A stretch of 64,000 nucleotides of DNA from Chrysomallon squamiferum. Its lineage: Eukaryota > Animalia > Mollusca. The notes under the pieces were generated by a model that was given only the letters and a program-made list of their open reading frames with translations, did no database searches and had not been told where the DNA came from. The first letter of the stretch is position 1, and each line of letters starts with the position of its first letter. Of this stretch, positions 62,001-64,000 are shown piece after piece. Position numbers and translations under genes: made by a program. The stretch covers positions 26,288,001 to 26,352,000 of the forward strand of contig CM022670.1 of the NCBI GenBank assembly GCA_012295275.1. Reading direction: 5' to 3'.

Positions 62001-63440
62001 CAGTAATAGTAGTAATAATAGAAGAAATAGAAATAATACCAATAATAACCAGTAATAATAATAATAGAAGAACCAGTAATAGTAGTAATAATAAAATAGA
62101 AGAACCAGTAATAGTAGTAATAATAAAGAACCAGAAGAACCAGTAGTAATAATAATAATAGAAGAAGACCAGTAATAGTAGTAATAATAGAAATAGAAGA
62201 ACCAGTAATAGTAGTGTAATAATAGAAATAATAGAAGAACCAGTAATAGTAATAATAATAGAAGAACCAGTAATAGTAGTAATAATAGAAGTAGAAGAAC
62301 CAGTAATAGTGGTAATAATAGAAGAACCAGTAATAGTAGTAATAATAGAAGAACCAGTAATAGTAGTAATAATAGAAGAACCAGTAATAGAAGTAATAAT
62401 AGAAGTAGAAGAACCAGTAATAGTGGTAATAATAGAAGAACCAGTAATAGTAGTAATAATAGAAATAGAAGAACCAGTAATAGTGGTAATAATAGAAGAA
62501 CCAGTAATAGTAGTAATAATAGAAGAACCAGTAATAGTAGTAATAATAGAAATAGAAGAACCAGTAATAGTAGTAATAATAGAAGAACCAGTAATAGTAG
62601 TAATAATAGAAGTAGAAGAACCAGTAATAGTGGTAATAATAGAAGAACCAGTAATAGTAGTAATAATAGAAGAACCAGTAATAGTAGTAATAATAGAAGT
62701 AGAAGAACCAGTAATAGTGGTAATAATAGAAGAACCAGTAATAGTAGTAATAATAGAAATAGAAGAACCAGTAATAGTGGTAATAATAGAAGAACCAGTA
62801 ATAGTAGTAATAATAGAAGAACCAGTAATAGTAGTAATAATAGAAGAACCAGTAAGAGTAGTAATAATAGAAATAGAAGAACCAGTAATAGTAGTAATAA
62901 TAGAAGAACCAGTAATAGTAGTAATAATAGAAATAGAAGAAACAGTAGTAGTAGTAATAATAGAAGAACCAGTAATAGTAGTAATAATAGAAGAACCAGT
63001 AATAGTAGTAATAATAGAAATAGAAGTACCAGTAACAGTAGTAATAATAGAAATAATAGAAATAGAAGTACCAGTAATAGTAGTAATAATAAAAATAGAA
63101 GAACCAGTAATAGTAGTAATAATAGAAATAGAAGAACCAGTAACAGTAGTAATAATAGAAGAACCAGTGATAGTAGTAATAATAGAAGAACCAGTAATAG
63201 TAGTAATAATAGAAATAGAAGAACCAGTAATAGTAGTAACAATAGAAATAGAAGAACCAGTAGTAGTCGTAGTAGCAGTGGTAGTAGTAGAATAGTAATA
63301 GTAGTAAGAAAAGAAATAGAAGTATCAGTATCAGTAGTAATAGTAGTAGCAGTAGTAGTAGTAATAGTAGAAATAGTAACAGTACTAAAAGTAGAAATAG
63401 ACGTACCCGTAGCAGTAGCAGTACTAGTAGTAGTATTAGT
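59055..63440. repeat. Large variant-repeat minisatellite, units AGAAGAACCAGTAATAGTAGTAATAAT (27 bp) with optional AGAAAT (33 bp), in gene D intron 1
   Basis: Directly visible; it generates the spurious poly-Leu and EEPVIVVII ORFs. Confidence 0.95.
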
Positions 63441-64000
63441 AGTAGTTGTAGCAGTAGATCATTCTGTTGGGTGTATGAAGGATGTAATTGCTACAGATGT
63501 AATCTACGTTGTTTTAAACTCTGTACGTTTTTTCCTTATTACATTCCATTCTCACACCAAACTGATTCCCTAAATCTCTTCCATCCTGACATTCACCAGC
63601 AGAGTGAACACAAATAATAATTTATCACCTCACTGGATTCTCCATCCTTACTGGAAATACGGTGAACAAGCTTAACAGGTAAAATGGTACATTAACTCTC
63701 TCGGACATCTGGATAACATCGTTTTCATTCTTCTCTTGCAATAACCTCAGTTGGAGATTTTATTTTGTCGGCAATGCCATTCGGCAAGATAAAAATAATA
63801 TCTTATTTCTGTCGTCACGTACCAGTTTGATCATTATTAATTGTTGCATTTTTATAGTTCTTAAAACGGTTGAACTAAAATGGATCATTACTAGCCCATC
63901 TTTTGTAATACTTTATGTGAAAACCCATATAACAGTATACGTCATTTGAGTGCGTTGTTGCAATATAATCTAGTAATTAATAATGCCGTGAACCTAAAAA

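Noticed and set aside
59082-63295. Long ORFs (759-aa poly-Leu, EEPVIVVII repeats, Ser/Asn/Arg repeat)
   Set aside because: They are translations of a 27/33-bp intronic minisatellite, open in several frames on both strands, with no unique coding sequence.

Overview
AT-rich, microsatellite-dense animal genomic DNA; the degenerate SINE-like repeats remind me of gastropod molluscs (inference from recall only). The window holds a minus-strand, head-to-tail cluster of intron-containing type-B carboxylesterase/cholinesterase-family (alpha/beta-hydrolase) genes with a shared 11-exon layout. From left to right: gene A (first coding exon only, 8480-8704; the rest lies left of the window); gene B (complete, 17016-32673, about 602 aa); decayed pseudogene P (about 34150-38170, exons 3-7 not found); gene C (complete, 39196-48592, about 580 aa, GC-AG intron 4); and gene D (exons 2-11, 52254-58244), a recent duplicate of C with a +1 frameshift in exon 5. 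B, C and D keep a Ser-Glu-His triad (GHSAG, TRxE, GVPHG) and end in a transmembrane helix with a short basic tail; B and C also show a signal peptide. The most notable signals are: a nearly identical 129-bp tract over the catalytic-Ser exon in otherwise diverged paralogues; a similar mosaic tract at the catalytic-His exon; all-nonsynonymous change in the omega-loop exon; three duplications of an exon end plus its donor site; and a 4-kb minisatellite that expanded in one paralogue only. Most long ORFs in the track are microsatellite artefacts. All exon models were built by hand from homology, splice sites and phase, with no transcript data.
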